This document shows, in pieces, positions 26,013-38,691 of a stretch of DNA of 64,000 bases. Both the position numbers and the translations under genes were made by a program. The stretch comes from Dicyema japonicum. Its lineage: Eukaryota; Animalia; Dicyemida. Each line of letters begins with the position of its first letter. The first letter of the stretch is position 1. Location: assembly GCA_011109175.1 (NCBI GenBank), contig RDEW01000020.1, forward strand, positions 242,514 to 306,513. The letters are read 5' to 3'. Below the pieces are notes generated by a model. That model made no database searches. It was not told the origin of the DNA and worked only from the letters and a program-made list of their open reading frames with translations.

Positions 26013-26912
26013 TTATATCTTTGTATTCAAATAATCTTGTAATTCCGAATTCTTAATTATTCTAAGCTGCCTCGATAAATGTAGATAATTTGAGAGATTT
26101 TAAATGAGATTTTCTTAGTGACCTAACTGAATATATTAAAAGTGTTCCATTTTTTAGTTTACTGATCATGTTGACTCTTTAATCTACTGAAATTATAATT
26201 TTGGTTTTTAGGATTATGTTTTTATTCAAGACATTCATCATAACTTTGAATACCCCTTACTGTGACCCATATGCCAGGATGGAAAAGACGAAAGCGACTG
26301 GACGGAGCAACAATATTTTAGTTCGAGGAGAAGAAACTGTTAGTTGGAAGTGCAACATGTATCGACTTTCTTTCCCTCACTAATATCATTGAGAGCTCGG
26401 TAAAGGAATTTTCCGTCGTAGAGAAGGCAGAGAAGAGACTCCTCAGTCGATATACCTTCGCACGATTGCTGACGAGACAACCGCAGCAATAAGCATCAAA
26501 TTCCTGATCTTCCTCAAGAAACCCGGACGTATGACCATGAACCACAATAGCTCATCCAATTGGTCTCCATAGAGCAAAATGGCCTTAAATTATTAGAGAG
26601 ACAATAGAAAAAAATTGCTTCAAAAGAAAAGTTTGTATGAAAACATTCTCTCTTGTTGGAAACTGTTGCATATTACATGAAATTCTTTCACTAATTAAAA
26701 GTAATACTTAACTATTTTATCTCAGGTAATTTCTATTAAATAATTTCAGTCTACTGAAATATTGTACTATGTACTCCAAAATGATGGAATAATTGGATGC
26801 CGTTCAATTGAGAGTAATCTTCGTTATTTTGATAGTAAAATCCAGGCATTCTGAGGCATATAGATGATCTTGTAACCATTAACCAGAACTCTATAAACAA
26901 AAAAGGTTAAAC

Positions 26913-27568
26913 TAGGGGTTACCAAACTTTTTCATTCATACCCCCTTTAGCAAAAACAAAAGCAATATCGCCCCTCACCAATATGAATATATTTCAAAGA
27001 AGTATTGCATCGTCAAGTTTCATACTGAATTTCGTATTTTTCAGTATTAAACAAAAATTAATCTTCACGTGCCATATCATCGATTCGTCTCTGAAATAGA
27101 TCTGAGAAGGTTGGTGCATACTGTTGTCAGTACTTCTAGAATTGATGACATTATCTTTCCCAATTGCATCCGGCTTCCTTGGTGAGTAAAACGATTTGAT
27201 AAGATGCAACATCATCACGTGTTAATTTTTTAAATTTGTTGGAAATATTTTCTCAGTCTATGTTGTATTTTTTCTGTAATTCTTGCAAGAACGTCAAAGA
27301 TTCGTTAGATTTATTTTGATGAACCTTTATACGAACTTATCGTAAATAGTGGTACAATCTGGAAGGTTTCATAGCCTCGTTTGAAAACGACTTTGAGTAT
27401 ATATAGCGAAAGGGAGTTTTTCAGAATTAGGTATGAAACCATATTTGAGGTATTGACGAGTTTTGTTCTGTAGAAACTCTTGTTTCATAGTTGACTAATG
27501 CTAAGATGACTCATGGATAATTGTTTATCGACCACCTGAAGTTGATATGCCTAGTTTGGGAAATCCTG
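26913..27568 (-). mobile_element. Internally deleted hAT (Buster/Charlie type)
   Basis: TIRs TAGGGGTTACCAAACT / CAGGATTTCCCAAACT. 8-bp TSD GGTTAAAC (26905-26912) / GATTAAAC (27569-27576). Residual TRQYLKYGF, SNEAMKPSRL, RRIDDMA, FSMKLDD. Confidence 0.85.
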
Positions 27569-27838
27569 GATTAAACAATAACTATAAGATGATCAAATTT
27601 CCAATAACACATTCTCCATATATCACAACGATGCTAGGATCTCCCAAAAGTGTCTCCGATAGCATCCATATAAAAACTCGATTAGGGTATCCTTTATTAA
27701 GACAGGTTAGATTTTTCTGAAAGGAAGATTGTAATCCTTCATTGGATTTCATGGTTTTTTTATAGACGCATAAAATCAAGACCTTACTAGGAACACGTAA
27801 TAAATCATAAAAATTAAAAAACCTTACATTTTATTGTT

Positions 27839-28063
27839 ATGAACTTCGATAACTGTTGCAACACGTTTCAAGGATCCTGTGAGAATTATAATTTGGAATA
27901 TCTTAATTTTAATGTTCAGAAGACTTGGCTATTTTGGGGAAATTTCGGAGGAGTCTGTTCTGACGATCTCAATAATATTCTAAGGTATCAGTTTTGTATC
28001 AACCCCAGTTTGTTCTCCAGTAATAACAAACTGGGGGAAGCAATTCATACTTGTTATAACTAA
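27839..28063 (+). CDS. Hypothetical Cys-containing ORF with a decayed inverted paralogue near 25170-25300
   Basis: MNFDNCCNT...FCIN. aactgttgcaacacgt is shared in inverted orientation with about 25271-25286. Confidence 0.3.
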   Translation: MNFDNCCNTFQGSCENYNLEYLNFNVQKTWLFWGNFGGVCSDDLNNILRYQFCINPSLFSSNNKLGEAIHTCYN

Positions 28064-28187
28064 TTATTTGTATAGAAGCCTCAACGAAGGAATAGAAGAA
28101 ACCGGAGAATGTAAAATTTCCATTTTATTATAGATCCTCGAGGCTACCAGATCCACTTGATGTATAAATAATAATAGGGTCCTTTAT

Positions 28188-28404
28188 TTGTCAACCTCGG
28201 ATAAACCGAGAAAAAAGTTAAAACAACTAATTAAGTGTATCCAGTTTCCACTTATACAGAAGTCCATACGGAATCAACATAAAGGGTAAAAGACGTCCAT
28301 ACTTGCAGTTGTGGAAACCCCTCCAGTAGAGTTGAGGAGAGCAAATGATCCTTTTTCGTGCCAACTGGGCGCCACCTGGACAGATGGATCACATGACCAC
28401 ACTC
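28188..28404 (+). mobile_element. Short 5'-truncated LINE copy with 16-bp TSD
   Basis: TAATAGGGTCCTTTAT at 28172-28187 and 28405-28420. Ends in a GIT*-like ggatcacatga. Confidence 0.75.
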
Positions 28405-28619
28405 TAATAGGGTCCTTTATGAGATTTTGGTCCCAAATTTTTTAACTTATTTATAAAAAAAATCTATTTTTAGTGGAAAATATAATATTTTAATTTATTT
28501 TTTTCTATTAAGATTTTAGAATTTTATTGTATTTTTTAAATTATCACGATAGTGGGCGTTTGGGGTCGATTAACAAATTAATTACCTGTAAGATCTCTCT
28601 GAATAACTCGGAATTTTGC

Positions 28620-29640
28620 ACCTGCTGTAGATTTTTAAGAGGAAGAGTGTGCATGGAAGCCAGTTTGGGGAGGCATAATTCAGTGTCGTCCTGATGAATT
28701 GCTTTTATAAGAACGTTAGAAACACCTTTTGTTGGTCATGTGACAAGCTACTGCTCGAAGGATATGTGATTTTCTTTTCAGTCCAAAGCTGTTCAATGTT
28801 TTTATTGTTTATGTATAGGACTGTGGTGGTATTGTTACGGTCTGTTGTAAATATGGTTATTGAGGATTTAGGTGTGGGTGGAGACATCCAGTAGGAAAAT
28901 AAATTTAAATATGTTTGGACGTTAGGCCAATTGGACGTCTCTTGATGCAAATATAAGATCATCGGCGAACGACAATATTTCTGAGTAATTGGAATGTCGA
29001 TGAGGTAAAGATCAAAAATCGTGACATATGAGAATAAAAACCTTTTTGACCTAGTGTTCTGAAAAAAAAAATTTGTGAGTCATGAGTACCAAACTGGAAG
29101 GATATTTGATGAACTCATCTTATTTGAGAGGACCACAAGATAAATGCTGTCAAATGCTTTTGTCAGATCGATTGAAGAGTTCTTTCGGGAGATTTGGAAT
29201 TGTTAAAACCGTCGGCAATAAACTGCGTCAAGGTGGAGAGATAAAGTTATATTTTAAGGTCATATTTCAATCATTTTTAAGTTATACTTGTGGTTGGCTT
29301 ATTAATGAGTGTAGGGAGTGGACATGACGATATTGAAAATTATTTCGATCTGGTTATCTGAGGATTTCATGACTGTGTGCCAGGTAGTAAAAGGAAGGGA
29401 AGAATGTATGAAGGTTGCCAGTCCACCACCATGGGACCCATTTTCCAGTTCGCAGCAGAGTACTGAATAGTTTGTAAATCTCAATGTTCGTGAGGTAATG
29501 GATATTCTGGATTCTTGCAGAAAAGCAATATCAATTTGTGTCTCGCCAAAATAGTCTGAGCTCAAGGTGTTTTGGTGTGGTCTCATTAATATTCAGTTGT
29601 AGGATTCTAATTTTTTCGGGGTTGGGCTCAACATACAAGC
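28620..29640 (-). mobile_element. Internally deleted 2A-LINE copy
   Basis: VEPNP-KIRILQLNIN, IAFLQES, GGGL, LSFADDL, YKQFIRTTLNYASP. Confidence 0.75.
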
Positions 29641-29869
29641 AGAAAATAGTGATAAAAATAATTAAAATATTAGCTTTTCTATTAAAAACAGAGGGTCAAG
29701 GGTGACTTACAAGATAGAGGGGGTCTTCTTGGTGAGGATTAATTTATTTTTTATTTTTTTTCTTTGTTAAAAAATTATTTTATTATTAAAAAAATAGAAA
29801 TAAAGTTAATTAAATTAAATAAATTTATTTTTTTATACAAAAATTTTTTTAACAATTGAACAAATGTCA

Positions 29870-32100
29870 GTAGAGGAAGCCTGCTGCGTGGATTGCGAAA
29901 GAGTTCCCTCGGAGTATGGCTATTCCAATATTTTGTCTTAGCCATAACCCTTCTCGTTGATCCCTTTTCTTTCTGGCAAGCAATCCTCCGAGTTCTCGCA
30001 AGAACTAAGCCGTCGTTGGACCAACGGTTACCGATGATTCGGTCGCAACAAGAGTAAATCGGTAGCGATCCCCGAGACAAGAATATTTCTTGATTTTTAG
30101 GTTCTCCGCAGTCGAAGCAGCTGCTCCAGGTGTCTGAACCGATTTAAAAATGTTCGTGCTTGAGAACGTGTCTATGCAAGTTGCGTCCCAGACCAAAGAT
30201 CTTCCAGACGTGAAGGGGAAAAGGGTCATCCCGTCAGGTCTCTTCCCATCTCTTGATCAAGACCCACTGGTTCAAGCTGTGCTGGGAAGCCTGAAGCCTT
30301 CAGAGCTCTGACGATCACATCATTCAGAGCAGCATGACGTGGTCCCCTTCCGGCGCTTTTTCTGCAGGACAGCGGGTGCAGTCCTTTCGCATCGACTGTT
30401 TTCCCGCATCGGCATCGGTGCTCCTGGCAAACGTCTAGTCCCAGCCTTTGTCCGATTCCAATCCTTAAAGAATCGTCGTCCAAAAAGGTCCCGAGGTTTG
30501 GGCAAGGGATTGCACCAAGCCATGCTCCACTCCCTCTACTTGAAGCTGACACCAAACAAGCCAGACGATGTTGATTTGCTTCTTTTTAAGGTCTTCCAAA
30601 ATTTTGGAGCAGACAATGTCATCCCAATTACTTTGCTTTGTTGTGTCTTCTGGATTTTGAGTCCGGACCCGTTCCATTTCCGACAAGCTTCGTCAAATGA
30701 CTCATTCCAGCGAAGTCCAATAGTGTTATGAAGGACTTGCCGTGTCAAATGGCTGCAGCTTGAGAGAGACGATAGATATGCCGGGTACGCAACCTCCAGC
30801 GCCGATCTTATTCCGACACCCCCAAATCCAGAGGGAAGCTTACATTGTTTCCAACCAAGTTCGTCGAAGCGGACGTTAATTAGTGACTCAACAGTTTGCT
30901 TGAGAGACTTGTCTATTGAAAGTAGAGTGTCGTATTGTTCGTAGCAGGGTGAACATCGGAGTAGATATAAAAGCTTGGGTAGTCCGATGTTGTTTCTCAT
31001 CAGGAAGAAAAATGTGTGAGAGTCGAGACATGACAATCTTTTCGCAAGGCGTGTTAATTCTTCATTTTTGGAAAGTAGATGGTTCTTGAGTTCTTCTTCG
31101 CTGAGTGGGCATCCGAGGAAATATAATTTATCAACTGGCACAGTCGGGATCCCAGGAAGCAGTTCGTTAAAAGACTCCTTGATAGAGAGGAAGTCGGTGT
31201 ATGGATATGAGACATTTATTAGCTCTGATTTGTTAACATTGATGTCCAAGCCCAAATGTTTTAAAGCGGGTAACGCTTTACGTAATGAATTGTATGTTTC
31301 TTTGAACGATCCTCCAATTGTGGCATCATCGAGGTACCAGAGATTTAGCTGAGCATCAATTGAACTCACAACCTCATCAATGGTCAAGGCAAATAATAGA
31401 GGTCCGAGCGGATCTCCTTGTTGTACACCCGTTTTTGATTTAATAATTTCATTTTCAAAAACCAAAGACGTATCTTCCCCATAGGATAGATTGACAAGAG
31501 GGAAAAGCTTTGGAGCCCTCTTCCAACACGTTTTCATAATTTCGTCTCTTCTGAGAGAATTAAAGGCATTCGTTATGTCCAACTTGATTCCAATGCATTC
31601 ATTTGAAATATTTTTCTGTGTGAAGAAACGCCTTGCTGCATGAACCGCAACCTCACATCCGTTCTGGATACTAGCACCCATTTGTTTAGGAAAGAACTCC
31701 TCTCCGAGGTGTCGGCTCATCATGGTCGATGCTACTTTTGCTGCAAGTCTTCTAAAATAGTTCCAGACCGCAATGGGGCGGATTCCTCCGTTGGGTTTTT
31801 TGAAAGCAAGTAGCCTTGCAGAGAAGAGCAATTCTCTAGCATATTTTGGGATGTCGCCGTTAACCATTTTCCTGATTAGGTCCGTAATTGATTTGACAAG
31901 ACACCGTCCAGCTTCCGAGGTGTAAGTGGACGTAAGGTCCTTAATATGGCCAGGACGTAACCCTTCCAAGCCTCCACCGCTGCTAGCCGCGAAGGAAGTT
32001 ATTCCGTGGCGCACTTCGGATTCGGTAATGATGATCTCCTGGGTTCCTTCAGGATTCAAAAACTTTTCATAGTCAGGTGCATCTGGATGCTTTAGTATTA
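29870..32100 (-). mobile_element. CRE-like non-LTR retrotransposon (RT + CCHC + restriction-like endonuclease), 5' truncated
   Basis: KHP, SFAASSGGGLEGLRPGHIKDL, KKPNGGIRPIA, QQGDPLGPLLF, WYLDD; CRCG..HPLSC, RH..LND, WDATCIDT, AE..K..KY. 507-aa open stretch. Confidence 0.88.
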
Positions 32101-32179
32101 AGGTATTTTAAAAATTAATATAATTAACAATATTATTAATATTAATTAAATATTTTGATAGCACTAGTTCGTTGTGTGG

Positions 32180-32545
32180 ATGGAAAGTTTTATAAACGCA
32201 TTTTGGAATCAATATACGACGGCGATAAACAGTAGTCGTTCGAACATTCACCAATTATACCACCAAAACGGAGAATTACTGTATCAAGGACAAAAGTTTG
32301 AAGGAATAGAAGCTATACAAAACAAATACAATTCTCTCACGTTTACCAGATTGGAGTACCAAGTCTCTTCTATGGACTGTACTACAGTCGACAATGGTAT
32401 ATTGATCTTCATAACTGGACTACTAAAAACTGATTCTGACAAACCATTCCCATTCTCACAGACTCTTATACTCACCTCTTTCAATAATACAGTCCTCATT
32501 CTAAAGGATATTTTCAGGGGTTATCATCACGATGTTGCTCTCTAA
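32180..32545 (+). CDS. NUTF2: Nuclear transport factor 2
   Basis: F..QY...LY..QGQKFEG.EAI..K..SL.F...GLLKTD.D..FSQ.L.L..DIFR matches NTF2 end to end. Intronless; ATG at 32180. Confidence 0.88.
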   Translation: MESFINAFWNQYTTAINSSRSNIHQLYHQNGELLYQGQKFEGIEAIQNKYNSLTFTRLEYQVSSMDCTTVDNGILIFITGLLKTDSDKPFPFSQTLILTSFNNTVLILKDIFRGYHHDVAL

Positions 32546-32649
32546 TCTATGATTTCTTGGTTTTGTGGTTGTAACATTTGAATAAATTACTATTTCTTTT
32601 TGATATTTCATTTTTTCATGTTGGTGGACCTGTTCCTTGGGTCTTGTAG

Positions 32650-32900
32650 AAACTATGCGAGATGGTCTATGTTAGAGAAGGAGGTAGTCTCGTTCTATTA
32701 TAACGAATGTCGGACGGTTTTCTGAAGTGTTCCAGGAGGAAAGGACATGCCGAAGCTGGTCTCTGTGGAAGAAGTTACTTTCCAGTTTATGTTTTGTGCA
32801 GCCCCAAGTTCCCGCATTATACAAGAGTGTTGGCTTCACAAGTGCATTGTACTAACAGACTCTCGTATCCGCGTCGAGCACTTTACGGGCAAACCGGGTT
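32650..32900 (-). mobile_element. RTE fragment
   Basis: VKPTLLYNAGTWG and FHRDQLRHVL. Confidence 0.7.
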
Positions 32901-34403
32901 TTCTGATTTCCTGCAGTGCGGGATTTACTAAAGTTTTTCAGTTATGTTATTCCTGTTATCTATGGGTTACACCGTGTAATGTTAATTTTTTAATTTCTTG
33001 TTTGAGATATTACATAATATTCTTCTCAATTTTGTAGCAAATCTAAGTACGAAATCACCTAAACACTATTATAAACAGACGTGATTTTACTGTCGTCAAG
33101 TACACTTTTAAATTTTCCAGTTTTAACGCTGAATTTTTGCTGTTATTTTTTAACTTTAATCTTATGATTTAATAATAACTCCTGCTTGAACATAATATTT
33201 ACTGCTATGAACTCACGTTCTTATCATCATTCCACACAGTTGCAAGTATAAAGAAAGGTAAAGTGCTAAAACCCTGCTATAAGCATCAATAACCACATAA
33301 TACCATTAGTAATGAAAAATTATGATTTTCAAATCGACTTGAAATTTTGGAATCTTAAATACCTTAAATGAATATTTTGGTGGTATTGAAAATATGTAAA
33401 ATAATCGACAATCACTTCCTCGATAAAGGAGTTATTTATATATAGAACTTTATGCATTAGTTATTAATATTGTTCCTGATATTCAATATTAAATTAATTA
33501 ATTATTCCAAAGACCACGGGTATACCAAACTAACTATTCCTTGATCCTGATGCATTCAGCAGAACCCTCATCCAAGCACAGTGATCCGGGGAGCTGAGGT
33601 AAATTCAAGAACTCGTCGCCAGGAAGAGAAATTGTTTCCCGGTGGAATGAGTAGATGGATCCTTTTGAATCACGGCCAGGCATTGGCGTCTCCTGAGTCA
33701 GGTGGATCCAATGAGGCCGCTAGAGAAATCTTCATCATTGCAACGTTTCCTTGTAATTTATTATTTTTTAAATAAACAACAGTGGCAAACAAATGATACT
33801 CCGAAATATTTCAGTAATTCTCTTCTGATTTTAGTATTGTCTGGAAGCAAAATTTTTGGAGATGTTTCATCTGCTTGATTTTACTTATGAAATGATTCCC
33901 CATATATATCAATTTTAAAAATAGTCGATCAGCACATTGAAAATTCAAGTACAACGTTCGAAACTTATTTTTAGACAAACGATTGTATTATAAATACATT
34001 TTATTGTTAATGATCTAAAATTGAGAACCTTTGATTGAACTCAAAAGTTCACAGCAGGCACTAATATTATTTAAAACAACCAGTGATTGAATTTAAGTAG
34101 CAACTTTCCACTTCTGAGCAGCATTTCTCTTGAAAAGTCAACTTCTGGTTGATAACGACTAGAAGCATGTAGATAGAGGTGACGCATGGAATATCAACTC
34201 ATTTCACTCACATTTGACTTAACAACAACAATTTTATCTTCTCCGTTTCCAGATTATAGGTATATCTTTCCATTTTTATGACCAACTTTTTGTTTTTTGT
34301 AAATTCTAAATCTTTCTTTTTCTACAAATTTATTAACGGAATTCGCATTAATAAATGTTTAAGACTACTGTATTCTTTCTATTTTAGCGCATTCACCGCA
34401 ATT

Positions 34404-37400
34404 TTTTTTGGCCCATATTTTAGGAGCTCAGGGCTTATGTTGTCCGGCCCAGCACTCTTGTTGTTCTTCAGTTTATTTATCGCTAATTCCACCTCTTCCA
34501 CTGTGATTGGGATTTTTAGCGCCTTTGCTTCTCCTTGGAAAGGGGAAAGTCATTATTTTCTTTATTCAACAGTGTTTCGAAGTGTCGTGCAATCAATTCT
34601 GCTTTTTCTTTCGGGTTACCCACGAATTTTCCATCTTTGTCTTTGATGTGAAGGATGTTTTGTCCTTTCTTTGTCCGCAGCAGCCGCAAAGCCGCATACA
34701 TCCTTGAATTGTCTTTTAGGCATTCCACATCTTTTAATAGGGATGTAATAATTTCCCGTGAGTGTTTTCTGTTCATCTTTTTGATTTTCCACTTTAGTTC
34801 CCTTTGTTGGATATTAAGCTCTTTTTTTTACTCTCGTCTGACGTGTTTGCCGCTTTTAGTCGTAGCTCCCTGCAATGCTTTGCCATATTTGGCACGTTCG
34901 GGTGGTGATCCAATTTTAGGGCGTGATGATTTCGGACTCCAAGGCATATTTTGGCCGACTTGGAGATTGCCTGTTTTGTTTGATCCCACAGAGTTCGTAC
35001 TGATGATTCCGGTGCGGTTTTCACCATAAGAGTCTCGATTTGTTCGTGATATTTAGCTCTACAAGTTGGCTCTAACCACAATTTTTCTGTCTGAAAGTAT
35101 ATATTTGGTCTTTGTCTCGCCTTCTTCGCGTTTTCAATGTATTTTTTCCCAGTCAGGTGCTTTTTTACACAAAGTTTTGCAATGACGATCTGTGGTCGCT
35201 GTCGGTTGTTGTTCCCTGGTAGGAACGTGCATCATTTATCAGGTGTTTATCAGACTTTCGGCAAATAATGTAGTCGATTTGATTATATATATTCACGGTC
35301 TCTCCGACAGAGTTTTTTCTTTGTCCGTGCCACGTCGTCTTGTGGCAAGCTGAGTGCGTAAAGGCCGTGTTGCACAGGAAAAGGCTATTTGCCTCGCAGA
35401 AGTTTACCAGAGAGGCTCCAGATGCATTTCTCCTTCCGCGCCCGTGTCTTCCAATAGAGGATTCTTCGGGCCCCATTCGCATTCCGGCCTTTGCATTCAT
35501 ATCTCAGCAACAAAGACAAGAGACGAGGAAGCATTGTTAGAGTATGTGCTTGATAGTTCTGAGTAGAATTCCTCGAGTTCACCGGGGTTCTTGATTACTC
35601 GTCCACAGTGTGGTGCATAGACATTTATGACGGTTAGTAGACTCTTGGACGGGCATAGTTCATTTAGTTTGACCTGTAGGACACATATTCGGTCGTTGAC
35701 TCTCCAATAGCGATGTAATTTTTTGAGGTAATCCACGTGTAGGGCAAATCCCATGCCGTAGTGTTTGCATTCAGTTGGGAAGAGAATCAGTTGGTAGTTG
35801 CTCCATGTCTCATCGCGTCCATTTTCGATTTTCGTCTCTTGTAGGCAGCCAATAGATATTTTGTATTTCTCGAGATCGTCACAAAGTACTTTTCTTGTCC
35901 AATCTTTCGATATTCCACGTACGTTGAACGTCATTAGCCTGAGTTCTCGATTGTATGATGAGTGTTTTTCAAACATTTTTCTTAACCGTTGTACAGAGAA
36001 GAAACGAGGCACGTCACCACCTCACCAAAAAAAATTGCAAAAACCCTAAATGACATCTTTGAAACTAATACTGATCTAGGACTTGGAGATGGATTACTAA
36101 TACCATACAAAAACCGAACAAATCAAAAGGACCGGTAGAAAATCTCCGCCCGATAATACTACTGAATTCGATACGCAAGGTGCTGGCAAACATTGCACTA
36201 AGCCGGATAAAAGGTGTGGCGGACCTATACCTACCAGCAAGTCAAAGTGGGTTCCGAGAAGGGAGGTCTACGGCGGACATTGTATGGAGCCACAGATAGC
36301 GCTGCACAATGCACCAAAAATTCAAGAGCGCAACGACCGTGTTGGGAATAGATCTCTCCAGAGCTTTCGACTCAATAAGCAGACAGAAACTGATTAATGT
36401 GCTTGAGCAAATACTGGATGAATCGTCGGTTAGAATAATCAGAAACTACTATTGGCGAACACAAGATTATCTGTCAAGATAGAAGGAGCAACTTCCCGCA
36501 GTTTCAAAACAACGATTGGGACACCCCAGGGTTTCAAAACGATTGGGACACCCCAGGTGAAATGCTATATAGGAGAAATAGAAGAGACATCTTATGCGGA
36601 TGATGTGGATTTTGTATCACGGGATGTGACCGCACTCCAACAACTGCTAGAAAATGCACCTGCGGAGCTTGAGAAATGGTTTCTCAGCGTAAATGTTAAC
36701 AAAACTGAAATTACGGAAATCAAAAGAGAAGACGATATTACTCATGAAAGATGGAGACGTACTAATAAGCTCGGCTCTCTACTAGGAGACGCTGAAGATG
36801 TACTAAGGAGGAAAACACTGGCAAATGCGGCAATGGCTAAACTGAAGAAAGGATGGCTAAGGGCCAAAGGACTTGGAGTTGACATCAGATGCAGGCTTTA
36901 CAACGCGTTTGTGAAACCGATCCTACTGTATAACGCTGGGACATGGGGAAGTTCCTTCAAAGAACTATCAAAACTGGATTCGTTCCATAGAAGGCAACTA
37001 AGAAGCTTACTCGGAATGGAGTGGCCACGTAGAATATCAACCACTGGTATCTACAACAAGTGTATGTGTTCTTACATCAGCAAGGATGTGATAGATGCCC
37101 GGTGGAGGCTATTTGGGCATGTACTAAGAATGAACCCGGACGCACCCGCTAACAAAGCGATGGAAGATTACTTTGACAGATGCGAAAAACCCTTCCGCGG
37201 ACGACCTAGATCAGAGCTTTTCAAAAAATAATTCTCGCGGCACACTAATCGTAAAAAAAATAATCCACGGCACACATTAAAAATAAAAAATTAAATTTTT
37301 AAGATGTGTAAAAAGTACAAAAATTGGTAATTTAATGCCCAATTTTTTATTAATAGAAAAATGAAATCTTAATTATAATTGTTTTTGCATATATTCTCCG

Positions 37401-38286
37401 ACAAAGATATCTTCATTATTTTTTGTTCATATTTATGACTAAACATAATCCGAGCAATAATACGACAAGCAGGGATTATCAAGTTTTCGCCAATAGTGTG
37501 AGGTTTTAGTTGTTTTGTTATCAATCCTGATATCAGGTATGAACATTTCAATGATTCCTTTGTGTTTACTAAAGTTTCACTGAACATCATTTGACTAGAT
37601 CTACGATTCATAGTAAAAACTAAATAATAGTTGTGTTGTTTTTTCAAATGGATAAAATAATCCACAGATTTTTCGGAATAGTCCGGATGCTTGGAAGTAA
37701 AATGTCTCTTTAGTTTGCTAAAAACCATAGCATCATTTGCAAAGACTCTCATGCAAATTAGACATTGAGGTAGTTTATTTTTGTCTTTGCATATAAATCC
37801 AAATGACAAAAAAGAATCTTTATAAAAACGACGAACTGATCCATAAGCACGTTGATGCGCACGTTATTAAAAAATTAATAAATAATGGTTAACCAATGTA
37901 AATGTCATTAATATATAATAAAAAATGATTATTTTAATTTTAGTAATTATTTTAATTTGTTTATCTTTTTAAATTAATTAGGTCAAAAAATGATATAAAT
38001 TTATTTAAATTTTTATTTGGCAGGCGGCACACTAGAAATTGTCTCGCGGCACACTTAGTGTGCACACCGTTTGACAACCTCTGACCTAGATCGACACTTC
38101 CGACAGCCCTAAACAAAGACTTAAATCGTGTGAGAAAAAATCTAAAGACGGGAGACGACCTGGACGAATTGAGATCACTCGCATTCGACAGAGGAAGATG
38201 GAAAAGACTAACTATAAATATTGTTTCTTTGAGTGTTGCACATGCGTAATCATTATGGCTTTCGTGAAAGTGCTTTAATAATAATA
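34404..38286. mobile_element. Near-full-length RTE-like LINE with inverted 5' half, interrupted by a hAT
   Basis: APE half on minus (36024 to 34398) and RT half on plus (36025-37211, 38092-38286). (TAA)n tail. TSD TCACCGCAATT at 34393-34403 and 38287-38297. Confidence 0.9.
37212..38083 (-). mobile_element. Internally deleted hAT (Buster/Charlie type) with BED finger
   Basis: TIRs CAGAGCTTTTCAAA / CAGAGGTTGTCAAA. Perfect TSD ACCTAGAT (37204-37211, 38084-38091). PQCLIC..ANDAM..SKLKRH..KH and KPHTIGENLI. Confidence 0.92.
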
Positions 38287-38691
38287 TCACCGCAATTCTA
38301 ATTTAGCGCAAATTAACTAGTATAACCGAATAGCAGAAGAGTGACAGTATTCACCGGTTGTAATGTAAAATTCTAACAGAGTTTGTCTTCTCTCTATGTA
38401 AGTTTCACTCATTCTGCACTACCCGTCGACACAGCTCATGTTTTCAGAAAGCCCTCTACCGAAAAACCATTTTCTTGGACATAACTGAGACGCAAGTAAA
38501 GAAATGACCTATTTAACTATAATGAAGATATGAGTACGAATGTTGTTGAAATAATGGCGATAATAAAATGAACGAATACACTCAATCATGATTGCTTGAC
38601 TTTATGTCCATTCCGTCCTAATAAAACTACTTACCATTCATTTACATCAAAACTAACAAAATAAACAATTCACAAACACATATAGTATAAA

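Noticed and set aside
26200-26900. LDLa-like CQDGKDESD and LRR-like fragments suggesting an RXFP/LGR receptor
   Set aside because: Multiple stops and no consistent splice model.
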